DNA of 64,000 nt from Vicugna vicugna (taxonomy: Eukaryota), in the NCBI GenBank assembly GCA_013265495.1, contig MU058010.1, positions 223,145-287,144 on the forward strand. The letters run 5' to 3'. How positions within the stretch are numbered: position 1 is the first letter of the stretch; each line of letters begins with the position of its first letter. This document shows, in pieces, positions 39,690 to 54,551 of the stretch. The notes beneath the pieces were generated by a model. That model searched no databases. It was given only the letters and a program-made list of their open reading frames with translations, and was not told where the DNA came from. The position numbers were made by a program, and so were the translations under genes.

Positions 39690-40340
39690 TAAATCACTTC
39701 TGCATAGTATCCCATCATGCAGATGCATATCAGAGCGTATTAATTAATCCATTATTGTGTGGACATTAACATTTCCAGGTTTTTGCTGACATTTTAATGA
39801 ATATCCTTGTTTAGAGACAGAGTCCTCAAAATAGAATTGCTGGGTAAAAGAAAAATGCACATTTTAAGTTTTAGTACATATTGCCTAGTTTCTTATCAGC
39901 ATAGTTCCTTAATTAAACTTCCACTATTTTGCAAGAGATTTGGTTTCCCTGTGCTGTCTCCAACACTTGGCATTACAGATCATTTAATCTTTCCTTATTT
40001 TTCATTAAAAATTTTATATTTCTCTTTATTACTAGGGAAAATCAAATCTCTGTTCTTAGGATTTTGCAATTTTTAGGCTTTTTTAAATTCCTAATTTTCT
40101 GCTTATTACTCCTGCCCATTTTCCTTGGTTGTGTTAGGTATCATCTTCTCTTATTCCTTCAGAATATTTATGGATTGATGATAGAAACCTTTGAAGAGTA
40201 TATGTTACATTTGTACTCCCTCTTCCTTTTGCCTAATACAAGTTTAAAATTGTTATTGGGTTTATCTTTCTCTTCGTGTTTTATGGCCTTGGTGTCATGC
40301 TTAGAAAATCCTTCTCCATTCCAGCATTACAATATTATGT
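39690..40340 (-). mobile_element. Old degenerate L1 (L1ME-type)
   Basis: AATAGAATTGCTGGGTAAAAG...CCAACACTTGGCATTA; T-rich. Confidence 0.55.
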
Positions 40341-40457
40341 TTTTTCTTTTTATTTATTTTATTACTGACACTGTTCTTAGTTCTTTTCTATGGATTTTTT
40401 TCCTAAATGTTTAAAGCAATAATAAATTTACGAAAAATTTCATCATTGCAATTTTAG

Positions 40458-40522
40458 ATATTTGCATAGATCAAGCAAAACTAGAAGAGTATGAAGAGAA
40501 AGCCTCAGAACTTCACAAGAAA
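40458..40522 (+). CDS. DIAPH3: DIAPH3 coding exon (65 nt): ICIDQAKLEEYEEKASELHKK
   Basis: tttAG at 40456-57; GTAAGT at 40523; phase 1 to 0 fits neighbours. Confidence 0.93.
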
Positions 40523-40539
40523 GTAAGTAACTTTGACTA

Positions 40540-40930
40540 ACTTTGCAAGACTCCTTGGGGGTCCCTGCAGCTGTGTTTCCGCCTCAGGGATGCTGTATGT
40601 TCTTCCCACTTCCTTCCTTACCTCCTTCAGGTCTTTGCACAGATACTGTCCTCTGAGGAGGACTTCCTGGACCATTACATTGAAATGCTTAAACTCCCCA
40701 CTCCCAACTCTGACCCTCCCTGTGCTTCTTTTCTTGTTTTTCCACTGTTGTATTTATCATCATCTGACATGCTACGTATCATTTACGTGTCTGTGTGTGT
40801 ATATGTGCAAATGTGTTATCTGTTTCTCCCTCTAGAGAAATCGTTTGCTTTATTCACTGCCCCTTGTACCCAGAATAATTCCTCACCTGAGAATTAAAAA
40901 AAAATATTTTTTGAGTGAGTAAATGAATAT
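40540..40930. mobile_element. L2 3' fragment
   Basis: CCTTCAGGTCTTTGCACAGAT...CTGAGGAGGACTTCCTGGACCA...TATTTTTTGAGTGAGTAAATGAAT. Confidence 0.65.
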
Positions 40931-42979
40931 GATTGACAATGTGTAGAGTCAGAATTTTAAGATCGGGTTATTTCTCAAGACATTGTATACTTTAGGCCCT
41001 TAAGATTGAAATGATATCTAAAAATTTTAGGAGAAAGGTCAACATGCTTTTTGTTTGATCAAAGTTGCTTCATTAGATCAAATGGAACCATACAAAATGG
41101 TCATTTTCATAGATCAGAAGTCTCAGGTGTTAGGAGTTTCATTGTTTCAGTCCAGTAGTGCTGCTGACCATCCAGCCATACCCCACTTTTGTTTAAGGTA
41201 CTATTTTGTGCTTTTATCTCTGCTCAGTTATGTACCTATTAGACTTTTTCTCTGTTTTTTTAAATTTTATTTTTAAATTTTATTATTTCTTGTTGTTGTT
41301 TAATTCTTCATATTTTTAAGTAGTCACTCTGATTTGAATTCTTAGGGCTGGTTCCTCACATGGGAGGAATCATGATAATTTCTGCTACCACCACCCCGCT
41401 GAACATGAATATTTATTACGTTAGGTCCCACTGCCAGAGAGTCCACGTTTTTGATGTTTCAGGTCCTAAATGAATCTTGAGAGAATTGTACATTTTCATA
41501 GGCTTTTAATATAAAGCATAGCTTGCAAGTGGTAAACACTTCCATAAGTTATTAGTAACATGTGAAGAACTTTGTAAGTGTCCTGTCTAAGAAGTCCTAA
41601 GTTTCACCAAACACTTAGTGAGAGGTTATTATCTTCCAGGCCTTTGGCTGTAGGCTGGGATCACAGCTGTGAATATGATACCAGCATTGCCCTGAAATCT
41701 TAGTTTAGTGGAGGAACAAATTAATGGATCATTTATATGATGTTTCACAAGGATTCCAGTTAATAGATGTTTGTGTTGTAGGGTGACCTTTCACCCCACC
41801 GAATTTTGTATTCCAAGCTCAGTAAGTATTTCCATTTACCGAAGGAAAGTAGTAGCAAATTTTCAAGTATTTGATTTGAATACATCCTAGGTAGTATACA
41901 TTTGCTTTTATAATCATTTTTTGGTATACAGTATTTGTGTATGAGTGGTGTTAAACCTGATGACTTTCTCAACACATTGTTTTAAAATTGTGAGCTTTAA
42001 ATATCAATAAAAGAAAGACCTTGTTCAAGGTTAGTTGTCTTCTTTTAGTCAGCAGTTACATGTCTTAGGTATATTCAGAAAATACTGTTTGCTCCATAAA
42101 AGATTTCTGTTGCCATACCATTTTGTATGTATCAGCAAGAATTTTTTCTGATAGCTTTATAAGGACACATGTAAATACTTTGCTTTAGGCAGGAAGCTAT
42201 CATGGTTGCTAGACACATTCTTTATTTTGGTGCATAAATTTGAAAAATGAAGTCCAGAAATGTCAGAAAGTACATAGCGAATATTGAGTTATCAACCTTC
42301 TTGTATAGATGCACTAATGCATTTACCCTAGGGAATGAAATTAAGCAGAGCCTCAACCTTAACTATATTTCTTGACATTTTTGAGTGTAATTTTGTAAGC
42401 GTAATATTGCTCTACTTACTCCTTTTGGAAAAGAAGGCTATTACATCAGTTTTTATAAAGTATGTCTTTAATGGAGATTCATCTTATCCCCAAGGCTACT
42501 GTGATTTGACTACAGATATTATAAAAATACTAAAGCAAAGTTTATATTTCATTTAATGCCTTTATAGGGGGAGGATGTAGAAATCTGTCTTTTTGGTAAG
42601 TAATACAGATACTTTCAGTATGGTCAAGTTAATTTAATAAATTCCTTTAGAATGCATTAATTATGACTCTGGTTGTTTTGATAGTTTTATTTATATTCCT
42701 GTAAATAATTCTTTTCCTTCTGAATCTTATTCTAAGACCTATAAGATAGAATAGTGTACATATTGATATTGTGAAAAAGATTCCTTCATTCATACTCTCT
42801 TAAGAATTTAGTATTTTATTTCCTGCTAAGCAGCTTTAAACATTGAGCAGTCGTAAAATGGAGAATAGAGAAAATGACCTCTCAAAGATTTTTGAGGCTA
42901 GGAGACGGGGGAACTTTAATACATGACATTGACATATTTATTCAACATGTAAAGGAAGATTTCATAGGAATTGTATCAT

Positions 42980-44520
42980 CACTTCACTCAACAAATATTT
43001 ATTGAGTTTACTTATAAGCATAAAGCTTTGGAAAGGTGATAAATAAAATAGAAATGATTCTTAATACTAATGAGCTTCCAGGTTGGTGGGTGATACCACA
43101 TTTTGATAGTTTTGTATAACACTGTGATAATTGCTCTGGTAGGAAAACCCTATGTGATTTGTGAGCATGTAGGAAGGATCTTGGGTAGCCAGGGAGGACT
43201 TAACACAAGGAAGTAATAGGTAATATGAGCCCTGATAGGTCAGCATAAGGCAACAAGGTGAGAAATTCAGGGAGGAGGCATATGTACGTTTATTTTGAAT
43301 TTTCTATAGGTATCTCAAGCTTCACATATTCAAAACCAAATTCATCACTCTTGTCCTTAAAAATGCCTTTTCCTCAAATTATTATACTTTGTTGCCAGCT
43401 TCCAAAGTAACAGAACAACATAGTCATCTTAGGTATATTCCCCTCACTCATTTCCTTCATTCAGTTGGACACTAATTTTTTGGATACATATGTATGTACA
43501 TATACAGAGTCCAAAAAATTTTTATGTGTGTGTGTGTATATATTTCTTTTTTTCTTTCTTTTACCCTATTTTCTATTTTTATCCAGTCAGGGCTTCAGTT
43601 CTTTCTTGGATAATTACAGTAGCTCTAAACTCATGTCTGTGCCTCAGGTGTTTCTCTTTAAGTCCATCTTCGACACTTGCTGGTTGGGTTTTCCAAAGTG
43701 CAAATTTGATCATGTTATTCTCTTGCTATAAATGGTCTAATAGCTCTCCATAGTTTTCAGGAAAAAGAAAAAGCTTTTGGCTTAATGCAAAACTCCTTTC
43801 AACAGTTTCATTCCTGTACGTATCGCTAGCTTCATCCTCTGCAGTTTGTTCTTGTACCTCCTCTTGTGCCCCTTACAAGGGATTGCTTGTCATTCACATA
43901 CATGCTATGCTAGTCATGCTATTTGAAATGCGAGCTACACTTCTCAGCTAATGACTCAAGTTCTTCAAACCTGAGGTCAAGCATCATTCCTCCAGGAATG
44001 ATTCACATGCCTCCAGTCCTTTCTCTCTTTATTGCATATAATTTTCATAGATTTTAGGTGGTTAGTTTGCTTTGACTTTGCAACCAGATATTGTGCTTAC
44101 TACACACAGTGATCAAATTGTCTTAAACTCTGTATCCCTGGTCTCTGCCACTCTGAGAGAAAAGTAACAGGCATGCTATTAGATATATATTGAATAAAGT
44201 GAAAGAGGTGGTATGGGGCCAGATGTAAGGGGGTTCTTAATATTAGGTTACTGAGGGCAGTCTTTATAATCAAGCCACTAAAGGTTTAAGAGCAAAGGAG
44301 TCAGGTAACATGAGCTGTCTTTTCAAGGGAACAGTAGTAGTCAAAGAGCAAAGCAAAGATTGTAGAGGAAAAGATAATATTGGCTTTGAAAATACTGGGA
44401 TGCTTTCTTAGTCTTGGAAAATCTTTTGTAAATTTGGAAATACATTTATAGACTAATGTACAGTCTGGAATTGACAAGTGAAGCTGAGCTGGTGATAGGA
44501 ATTTGGAAGCTATCAGTGTA
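42980..44520. mobile_element. Cluster of L2 fragments in both orientations
   Basis: TTCACTCAACAAATATTTATTGAG (L2 tail) at ~42983; CAAATTTGATCATGTTATTCTCTTGCT at ~43700. Confidence 0.55.
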
Positions 44521-45451
44521 TGGCTAAACCTAACCCTAACCCCTATTTGACTGTATTTTAGAGTCTCAAGGCTCTTATTTGTGAAGTACTTACATTTCTT
44601 TAATGATTAATTTTTTTCCATTTTTAAAAAGGGAGTCAAATACTTGTTCTTGATTATGAGACTATACTCTGTTTAAATTCACCTCTGCTAGTAGAGACTT
44701 TCAGTCACGTTGATGACAAGGTGAAGCTATGTGAGTGCAAGGTGGTGACTTGTGATAAGTGGTTATATCAATTAGAAAACTCATTTGATTCACTCATTTG
44801 ATTATTGTTTGCCATCCTCTCACAAGGTGTTGGACTAGGGACTTTGAAAGATAAATTTATTATTAATCTCCCAAAGATTAATAAAAAATAAGATGGGGCT
44901 TTGTCCTCTTGAACTGTTGTTAAAGGTTAGAGCCTACATCAGAATCCTTAAATCTTATGATGCTGTAAGAAAAAAAGTAATTGATACCTCTGTAAAGCAG
45001 AGTTATTTATCAATAAACAAAATATTAAAATAGAATGTTTTAAGTCATGTTGATAAACTTCAGACAAGTTTCAAGTATAAGTTTTTGCAAGTAGGGATCA
45101 GGGAATTCAGTACAATACTTTGCTATTATTTTACACAAAGTTGCAGTGATATTTAGGGAATTTTAAGAAAAATGCCAGGGTTCCAGGTAACTGTGGGCCA
45201 GTTTGTTCTGCTGAGAAGAGAAGGTTACAGACCCCATTTCTGGCTTTGTCTGCTCCCTTGCAAATGAGTAATTTTGGTGGGACCTGGAGGGACCTAGAGA
45301 AAAGCTGTGGGTGACTTAGCAAAAACCTACACTCCTTTTATAAACGTTTATATTCTAGTGACAGATCATTACAGTCGAATTGCTATATGAAGAATAGTGC
45401 CTTTTATTTCCGTCTTTCTCGCTGTGTGTCTTGTTTTTTTTTTCTTTTCAG

Positions 45452-45556
45452 TTTGAAAAAGAGTTTACTGACCACCAAGAAACTCAGGCGCAATTGCAGA
45501 AAAAAGAGGCAGAGATTAACGAGCTTCAAGCAGAGTTACAAGCTTTTAAATCACAG
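45452..45556 (+). CDS. DIAPH3: DIAPH3 coding exon (105 nt), coiled coil: FEKEFTDHQETQAQLQKKEAEINELQAELQAFKSQ
   Basis: Long T tract plus cAG at 45450-51; GTGAAA at 45557; within ORF 45431..45649. Confidence 0.96.
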
Positions 45557-46149
45557 GTGAAATACCATTTACCTGAAGTGAATTTGAGTATTGAAAGCTC
45601 ACCAGGGGAACAAAGGTCATATCATATCTTCATAGCATCAGAATGTTGAAACTTTAATTTCCCTTGTGTGTTTTCATATTATTGTTATTTATATATATTT
45701 CTATTCCATGGTATTTATTTAAAAAATTATTTTGCCCCTTCTTTTCTATTTGCATTTTTCAGAATATCTAAGCTTTTACTTTTCTGCTTCCTTACTTTCA
45801 TTTGGGTTTTGTTCCTGATATCCCATGTTTCCTAGGTAATTAAGCATAAAGAGCAAGAAAGTCTTTTATTCTTTGATTTGTCATTCATCACTGATCTTTA
45901 TCCCACTACAGGAAATTATTGCTCAAGCTATTTATTTTTCAGAACCTTCAGTCTATGGGTACCTTGCAGTGAAAGATAACCTCTAGCTGAATGAGAATAT
46001 TTTCTGATAATTTTTCAATTTCCAAAAGTAAACAGATTTAAAACATGACAAAAAAAAGAGAGCAAATCTGGATTATGAAGCAGATAGCTCACATAACACT
46101 CTACACATAAAACATTTAGTTAGCAAAAAATACATCGTCTGCATGTTTT

Positions 46150-46299
46150 CTTCCTCTTTAAAAAATTTCTTTTCTTCCTTTTTTGGGGGGGAGGTAATTA
46201 GGTTTATTTATTTATTTATTTTAATAGAGTACTGGGGATGGAACCCAGGACCTTGGCATGATAAGCTCACGCTCTACCACTGAGCTATACCCTCCCCCC
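46150..46299 (-). mobile_element. vic-1-like tRNA SINE, full length
   Basis: 15-bp TSD TC(G/A)TCTGCATGTTTT at 46135-49 and 46300-14; A/B boxes; tail GGGGGGGAGGTAATTAGGTTTATTT. Confidence 0.9.
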
Positions 46300-47402
46300 T
46301 CATCTGCATGTTTTAAATGGATGAAGGTAAGGAAGTAGAATATTCAGAGCTCAATTTCTTCATGATTTACAGATAGGATGATGAGCAGTAAGTATAGTTT
46401 TGCTGTTTTCCTTTCATCCTAATTTATGGTTATGTTGAAATAGTCTTAGGTATACTGTTTCCTATATTATTGGCAATTTTGTTTTCTTTTAAATACTTTG
46501 AGTATAGTTCTGTTGCAGAGGCTGTCTGAAGACACCTTAAGAGAAGGCTATCTGTTAATGCTCAGTTTTAGGGAAAAAATTAGAATCAGTCTAGAAGACA
46601 ATTCTCAATGATCATCTTTCTTTGGTGCTGCAAGAGAAAGTACCACAGTTTATTGAAGTTTTTCATCTTTCCTATGTGGCTCCTTGTCTCTCATATTAAA
46701 GAAACATTTGATTGTGTCTTTTGTATTTCAGATTGAGTTATAGACAATGGCTGAAATATTTATGACAAGTTTTTTCTGGTCTGGGCTGATATGAATATAG
46801 ACTTTCTTTTCTTTCTAATTTCTCTCAATTCAAGGATTTCTTGTAAATCTACTCTAGAAATGTTCAGTTTGTAGAAAATATATCCACTATCTTTGGATAT
46901 ATTATTGCTTTGGATCTGTTTTGGATATGTTATTGCTGCTTTGGATATATTATTGATAAAATGGGAATAAATTTATATTTTGAAACATTTAAATCAGAGA
47001 ATCTCCTTTGTTGTTTTAAATGGTGTACATTGTTGACTTTCATTTATGTCTATCAGAAGAAAGCCTGAAATCAGAGACTTAATACTGACCACCATATTCA
47101 TTTTTGAAGAACAGTTGATGAATACTTTTAGATTAGTTTGTATTTCTCATAAAATTTATTCATTTGTCTTAAGAAACTTTTGTTTGATCAAAGCTATGTT
47201 AATTATAAAGGTTATGGATAAAATATGTTCTATTATCTGTGTTCTCATTCCTTTAGTCACTTAATAGCAAGCACTATTAGGTGCTGGGATATAATGGTGG
47301 GCAAGGTGGTCACTGTGTCTGGCCTCATCAGTGACCTAGTCAAGTCAATGACACTCCATCAAAATCTAGAGCAGAAGTTAAGCCATACCTTTGTTTGTTT
47401 GG

Positions 47403-47600
47403 TTTTTTTTTAATGTATTTTTATTGAAATATAGTCAGTTCCAATGTTGTGTCAGTTTCTGCAGTTTCTGGTTTACAACACAATGCCTCAGTCATATAGG
47501 AACATACATATAGCCATTATATTCTCCTTCACCATAAGTTACTATAAGATATTGAATATAGTTCCCTGTGCTATACAGTATAAACTTGTTGTTTACTATA
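47403..47600 (-). mobile_element. Lineage-specific L1 3' end
   Basis: TTTTTATTGAAATATAGTCAGTT...TAAGATATTGAATATAGTTCCCTGTGCTATACAGTA. Confidence 0.85.
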
Positions 47601-48269
47601 TCTTGGTTTTAAGACATTTATTGTTAACCATAAGTATATCTTAAGTGTGAGTATAATAAACATACATCCTTAGCATTCAAAGGGGTTGCAGCAGCCTGGC
47701 ATAACACTAAAGTGATTCTTCTTTATACTTAATGTTTTTGATAAGGCATGTTCTTTGATTGTGGTCTCAACTTCTCTTAAATACTTTGTGCTACTCTCAG
47801 ATATTGATTTCAAGCCTTTATATGTGATCTATTTTCCATAATTGCGCCATAAGCTTTTAAATGATTTATTTATATATATAAAAAGATATGGCTCAATATA
47901 TTTATATGGGCATATATGTGTATATATATATATGGCTCAAAACTGAAGTTAATAATTTCAGGAGAATAATTATACATCACAAAAATTATTTATCAACCCA
48001 AATCGCCTTTATGATAATCAGGATGCATCTTTTTTTACTATGCCATGGATACATAGGACAGAAATGCCCTTGGGTCTTTTTATCTCCTGATTTTACCTTG
48101 CTTCTCTGTGGTATTTGACTTTGTTGAACAATAATCTCTTTTTTCCCCCCTTTGGTCACTCTCTTCACTTTTGATTTGTGACCCTGTGCTTGCCTTTTTT
48201 CTCTTCTTGTTTGTAATTCCTTTCTCCTACACATATTTCTTCAAAGGCTGTCATTTGCCAATTACTACT

Positions 48270-48920
48270 TTAAATGCTAGGACACCAGTAGTGAGTTATT
48301 TGGACATAGTCATTTCCCTCATGGAGTTTATAATTCATCTCAGAGACAAATGCTAACAATTCTTTAAATAATTATTTAACCCTTGATAATAGCCATCAGA
48401 GAACAGGTGAAATGAGTGATCAGATAAGGTTTTGCTGTGGATGGGACCAATTATCTAAGATGGAAAGGACCAGAAGGAGATGTCCTGGTGAAGGGAGTAG
48501 GACCAGGGAAAGGCAGAAGGAACAGCATGCATAAAGAGCTGAGATCAGTGTGAGCTTGGCATAAACATAGTATTGTATATGAAAGTAGGTGGAGACCAGT
48601 TCACAGGGACCAGATCATGACATACTCGTGCATGTTCTACTAAGAATCTTGAATTTTTTTTCTCAAGGGCAAAGTCATGATGTGGCAATATTTTTAAAGT
48701 CTCTTTTTCTGGATTATTATTTTTGGCTTACCATTTAAATGCTTGTGTTCCCTAGAATTCTGTGTATAAACATTTCCTCATGCTACATACTCTGGGTGCA
48801 CTTGTCTCTACCCATGTCTTCTTCATCTGTCCCTTAGAGACTGCTGACTTTCAGATCTTCTAGATCCATACCACCATTCCCTCCCAGACATCTTCACTTG
48901 GATGGCCATAACTACCTCAA
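48270..48920. mobile_element. L2 fragments
   Basis: AGGCAGAAGGAACAGCATGCATAAAG; CAGACATCTTCACTTGGATGGCC. Confidence 0.5.
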
Positions 48921-49152
48921 AATGGGGAGTAATATTTTTGACAGTTACATTTTTATGAAAACAAAAGCTACAATAATATTCTTAAGTTGGGGAAGAAAAT
49001 CTTTGGAATTTTGTTTTTAGGTTAAACCACGTGAATTTACTGAAATCAGTTGGTTTTGGTTTAAAAATAATACCTTATTTTTGAGAAAAGTGTACTTTAA
49101 CATGTTTTATGGAGAGTTCTTAGTCATGTCCCTTATTTTTTTTTCCCTCTAG

Positions 49153-49491
<339 letters not shown>

Positions 49492-50169
49492 TAATACTGA
49501 TACCTAGATTAAAACTCAAGTTTGTATTTACTGGTATGTAATTTCCAATGGGAACCCTATTCAGAATGACATTAAACAAACAGGCATTATTTTAAATAAA
49601 AGTATTAACTATTGACAAAAGCTTTCTGGTTTATAAATTGGGTGGGAGTTGTTGATTGTTATAATGTGATTTGATTTATAGTTAAATTGGTAATTCAGCA
49701 TTATTGTGATTAAAACTATATTTTGAAGTGTTTCTCAAAAGTACAAAATAGTATTTATTTTTAAGAACTTCTTTATGTTGGCAGCTATTGGGAGAAGTAT
49801 TACTAGTTGTCAGAAGTTGATACTGAGTTTGGAGACAGGAACTCTGAATCATGTAGAAAGATGGTTTAATGGTCACATAAACTTGAGCATTGCTAAAGAC
49901 TAGGAGAAGTATAATTGTGAAGAAGCATACTTCATTTCATTCAGCTTCAGATCCCCAACTACTTGGGAGTGGAACCTTTTTTTTTCCCTAGTAAAACCAT
50001 AACGTCCTGCAGAACTTGTATGTTGTTGAACACACTTTGGGGAAAAATCTTACGGGGATTACCTTGTAAACATCTGCTGGTAGTTGTGTGTGTGCGTGAT
50101 GATTGGGCTGGGGACAAATGAAACAACCAGCTGTTGTTGTTTGTAAATCAGTCTTCTCTCTGACTGCAG

Positions 50170-50284
50170 ATCAGACCTCATGAAATGACCGAAGACTGTT
50201 TCTGGGTGAAAGCAAGTGAAAATATGTATGAAAGTGTGGATTTGCTTTGTAAACTTGAGAATACATTTTGTTGCCAACCAAAAG
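50170..50284 (+). CDS. DIAPH3: DIAPH3 coding exon (115 nt), FH2: IRPHEMTEDCFWVKASENMYESVDLLCKLENTFCCQPK
   Basis: tgcAG at 50168-69; GTAAGT at 50285; conserved FH2 CFW. Confidence 0.96.
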
Positions 50285-52435
50285 GTAAGTTTAATATCTT
50301 GGTTATTTGTTACTTTTTGTATTTTCATATTGCCACTCTTTTATATGCTTACCTCTAGAAAGTATTATTTCACTGTCCTATATATGATATTTTTACTTTA
50401 CTAATGGATAAATGAATCTAATGAAATATTTTAAAGGTTAATTTTGTTATATGGAGTATCAAATAAGCAATTTCTATAGTACAGTGATTAACACAAAACT
50501 TTAAAATTTTTCTATATGATACCTTCTTTGAAGATGTTAAATTACACTTTCATAAAAGAGGATATTTTCAGAGAAAAATTTGGCATGAGAATTCACCTTT
50601 GTCAATGAGAAATAGAAAAATAGAAACAAAATGTGAGCCTTCCTCTAGTTGGAATTTTACCACCCTTTAATGTTACAATGACTATCACATAATTAATCAG
50701 TATGAGTCACATGGAATAGAAATGTCAAATTTATAGAATATCTTGAAAGTTAGCTTGAAGTAGAAGTCTATGAGTAGATATATGATCTTTCCATTAAAGG
50801 CAATAAAATTCATTTTCCAAAGCTATCATAGATAGCTTTTACCTGTGCCATGTGACTTTTCTTTTTTTTAATAACTCTATTTAGGAATAACTCTTGTCTG
50901 AAATTTGAATTTGTCTCATCCAATGTCGTGGACCTACCACTTATGTTTCAGGTCTGATATCCACATATACTGTTCAATTTATTTTTAAGTAACACTTATA
51001 TCTTAGGTATGTAGTACAAAGCCTTTAGATCAGTAATTACCTTTTAATTTTCAAAAAGAAACCTTTTTCACCTTAGACTTACATCACATATATCCCTGGG
51101 CTCATCAAACACTGAGATAGCTGATGGGGAGAGATGGTCCTGGCTGGAGATGGGAAGGCTTGGAATTGACTTCTTAAAGTGCCCGTTGTGTACGAGGCAC
51201 CATGTTAGATGCTTTGTATATCTGACATAATTTGATCATCACAGCAACCGAGGGATGTTGACAGATACCAAAAAAATCATTTACATTTCTTTGAAATGCT
51301 TTTTAAAATATAATTATAAATTAGAAACTCTTTCTAGAAATTATCAGTTAGAAACTCTAAAAGGTAATTGTAAGTTAAGATGGCTTTCTAGAATTTGTGG
51401 TAAATCCAAAACCTTTATCAGATATTTTTGAGCACGATTGGTCTTGACCAAAATAGTAAAATGATTTATTTTGATCTTTGAGAACCAAGGGCATTGTCTA
51501 GCACGCTTACCCTAGGAAAATTTGTGAAGGAAGCAGATCTTAATTTTACCTTTTGATTATGGAGAATCAAAATTCTCTTTGAATAAGATTAGTGCACTTT
51601 TCAGGCAATCAAGGAAAATATATGGCAGTTAAAATGTGTATTTACATGTAAAGCACTGCAGAATTTCAGATTTCATAATCTGGAATTGATTAGTTTTCCC
51701 TTTGCTTTTCTAGTAGGTGGAAATGGTGGTACCTTTCAAGCTATTTAAGTAATACTGCCAACCAGCTACTCTCTCTCTCTTTTTTTTTTACCCCCTCTTT
51801 ACTCTGATTACTTTCTTAATTAATGAGGCTCAAAAGGGAAACTTGTTAGCATGTCTTTAATTTAGCTGTAGTGTTAGCCCTAAATGAAATAATTGGACCT
51901 TTAAAAAATTCTTAAGTCATCTAACTTTCGCCTTGCGATTGAAGGTTGAAAAAAATCGATGTATTTGCTCAATCTGATACTAGTTATAAAGGTTAAGGTG
52001 AGGAAAGGGTGATCGTTTTCTTAATATTTCAGTGTCTCTCTGCCTCTGTGCATGTGTCCCTGCTGCCCCAAATGTCTCTTTGGTTTGATGTAGAGGCTGG
52101 CAGAGGCCTGTGACTTCTTTAGTCTCAGCTCAAAGGCAGCTTCTCTGTTCTGCAGCAGTAGATGGTACTGCAGAGAGATAGGGAAGCCAGGCTTGTAATG
52201 CTGGGCCAAGCAACAGGAGGCAAGCTGGGAAGGTGACTGTTTTTCACTCTAGATTTTAAAGAATAATTCCTAGAAACCATTAGTTGAGGAGCCTTAAGTG
52301 TGCTTTTTGACGTTGCTAGTGTTTTATTAGGAAGGGCCATTCATTGCTGCTTTCAGAAAGATAAGGCTTCATGTAGGTATTTATTGGAAAGATCAGAAAG
52401 GAAGGCCAAAGAAAGGTGTCTGGAAAACTTAGACA

Positions 52436-52992
52436 ATTGAAGTACAGTAAGTTATAGTGTGTCAATTTCTGGTGTACAGCACAACGTCCCATCATGCATA
52501 TACATGCATACATTCGTTTTCATATTCTTTTTCAATAAAGGCTATTACAAGATATTAATACAGTTCCCTGTACTATACAAAAGAAACATTTCTTTTAATC
52601 TATTTTTATTTATTTTTATATGTAGTAGTTAATATCTGCGAATCTCAAACTCCCAGATATATCCCTTCCCATCTCCTTTCCCCTGGTAACCATGAGACTG
52701 TTTACTTTGTCTGTGAGTCTGTTTCTGTTTTGTAGATGAGTTCATTAGTGTCTTCTTTTTCCTTCTTTTTCTAAATTCCACACATAAGTGATATCATGTG
52801 GCATTTTTCTTTCTCTTTCTGTCTTACTTCACATAGAATGATGATCTCCTGGTCCATCCATGTTGCTGCAAATGGCATTATTTTATCATTTTTTATGGCT
52901 GAGTAGTATTCTATTGTATACGTAAACCACAGCTTCTTTATCCAGTCATCTGTTGGTGGATGTTTAGGTTGCTTCCATGTCTTGGCTATTGT
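52436..52992 (-). mobile_element. Lineage-specific L1: ORF2 C-terminus plus 3'UTR
   Basis: ORF 52771..53094(-) contains TIAKTWKQPK...IKKLW..YT.EYYSAIKND..MPFAATWMD...SLMCGI (L1 ORF2 C-terminus). Confidence 0.92.
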
Positions 52993-54439
52993 AGCTCCTT
53001 TTCTCTTTATCTGCGGCCTGACTGCAAACATTGCCTGTTCACCCGGATGCCAAAGATTGCTTTGAATCAGTTTTGTCATTTCTGCAGCATTCAAAATTAA
53101 ATCTAGTTATTGCTTGTTCAGTTCAAAGTAGAAATGCCAGTTGCTCTCCATTCTCTAGTGAGCATGGGGAGATAGGGACATTGGCTACTGGTTGATTGTC
53201 ATCGCCTGTCTGCATCACAGGTTGGCAGGGAAGGACAGAGGATTCAGATTACTGAAGAATAGTGGGTTTTTAGAGAAAAGGTGTGTCTGTTTTTTTTTTT
53301 CATTTTTGGACCAAGAACCAGGGCTCTTTCTCAAATTACAAAGGTGAATGTTCCATTCCAGGCATTTTAAATGGTAGATGCCAATCTTTGTGCTTTCTAA
53401 GCATTTGAAGTAGAAAGAAAAAAAAAAAAAGCTGAATCCAGTCATTTAAAATGAGCCTTGGAATTTTCTCTCATGTTCTTTTTTTTTTTGTCACTAAGTA
53501 TGGCTTTTTATCTTATGGGAGACATTGCTTTTGTTTTCTGAGACGTTTAGGTTGAGAATACTGTGTTTGAGAAGTCTGGCACCTTGAGTCTTAGGAAAAG
53601 AGGAGGGGCTAATGATCCCTTTTGAGTGCCTGTGGTACTGAGCGGGGTCTTCTCCACGTGACCTTGCTTAATCTTTACCACATCCCTGCTGAGGTTCTTC
53701 TCCTGGTCTGCTGATTCCAAAGCAGTTCTCCCACAGTAGCACCCTGCCCCACCCATTTGCAGATGTAGCAAGATATCCTTGGGAGAGAAGCAGGTATGTC
53801 CTCTCAACTCATGTTGCCCTTTGTTCCATTTCTTTTTTTTTTCCCAGTTAGATTTTACTTGTTTGCCTTTTAAAACTAATCTCCTCCCTGTGACATTTAT
53901 AACATCACTTCAATGGGGAAATGCCTATGTCGTACCTTAAGGAGCATGGGAACCCCTCTGTGCACCATTTCCTCAGAAAACAGCATTTTTAACCGATTCA
54001 CTTGACATTTTCTCTTTTATACCTCATTTGCTTATTAAGTCTTTCACTTTGGGTTCTTTGCTTCTCTCCATCTTAAACTTTTGAGCTACATCTTAGCTTT
54101 CCATATTTTAAATTGTGTTGAAAATAACACCTAGGCATCTTTCCTGATCATCTTTTTGTTTCCTTTTTCTCATTCTGCCTCTCATTCATTTGTTTCACTT
54201 TTTCTCTTTCCCCCATTTGGCTACCATTGTTCAAGTCAGCAAGTATCTATTGGGGACACGTTGTGTGTGAGGCCTCATATTTGGCACTGGGGACACTGGT
54301 GAGTGTGGCAGACGTGGAGTTCCTGCACTCATGTAGCTTCCACGTCTCAGTGAAGCACAGTTGAGCTCTCAGGTGAAGCGTGGGGCCGAGGTGTGGGACA
54401 GCTAGTGCTGATCTTGACTGTAGAAAAGACGGCTGTTGT

Positions 54440-54551
54440 GGGGGAGGGTACAGCTCAGTGGTGGAGTGCGTGCTTAGCCCGCACGAGGTCCTGGGTTCAA
54501 TGCCTAATACCCCCACTCGAAAAAAAAAAAAAAAGAAAATCAGAAAAAAAG
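54440..54551 (+). mobile_element. vic-1-like tRNA SINE
   Basis: GGGGGAGGGTACAGCTCAGTGGTGGAGTGCGTGCTTAGC...GGTCCTGGGTTCAAT followed by poly(A). Confidence 0.88.

Noticed and set aside
44527..44545. Interstitial telomeric repeat (CCTAACCCTAACCC)
   Set aside because: Only about two units; expected by chance
54440..54515. tRNA-Ala gene
   Set aside because: Poly(A) tail, degenerate stems and four further dispersed copies show it is a SINE
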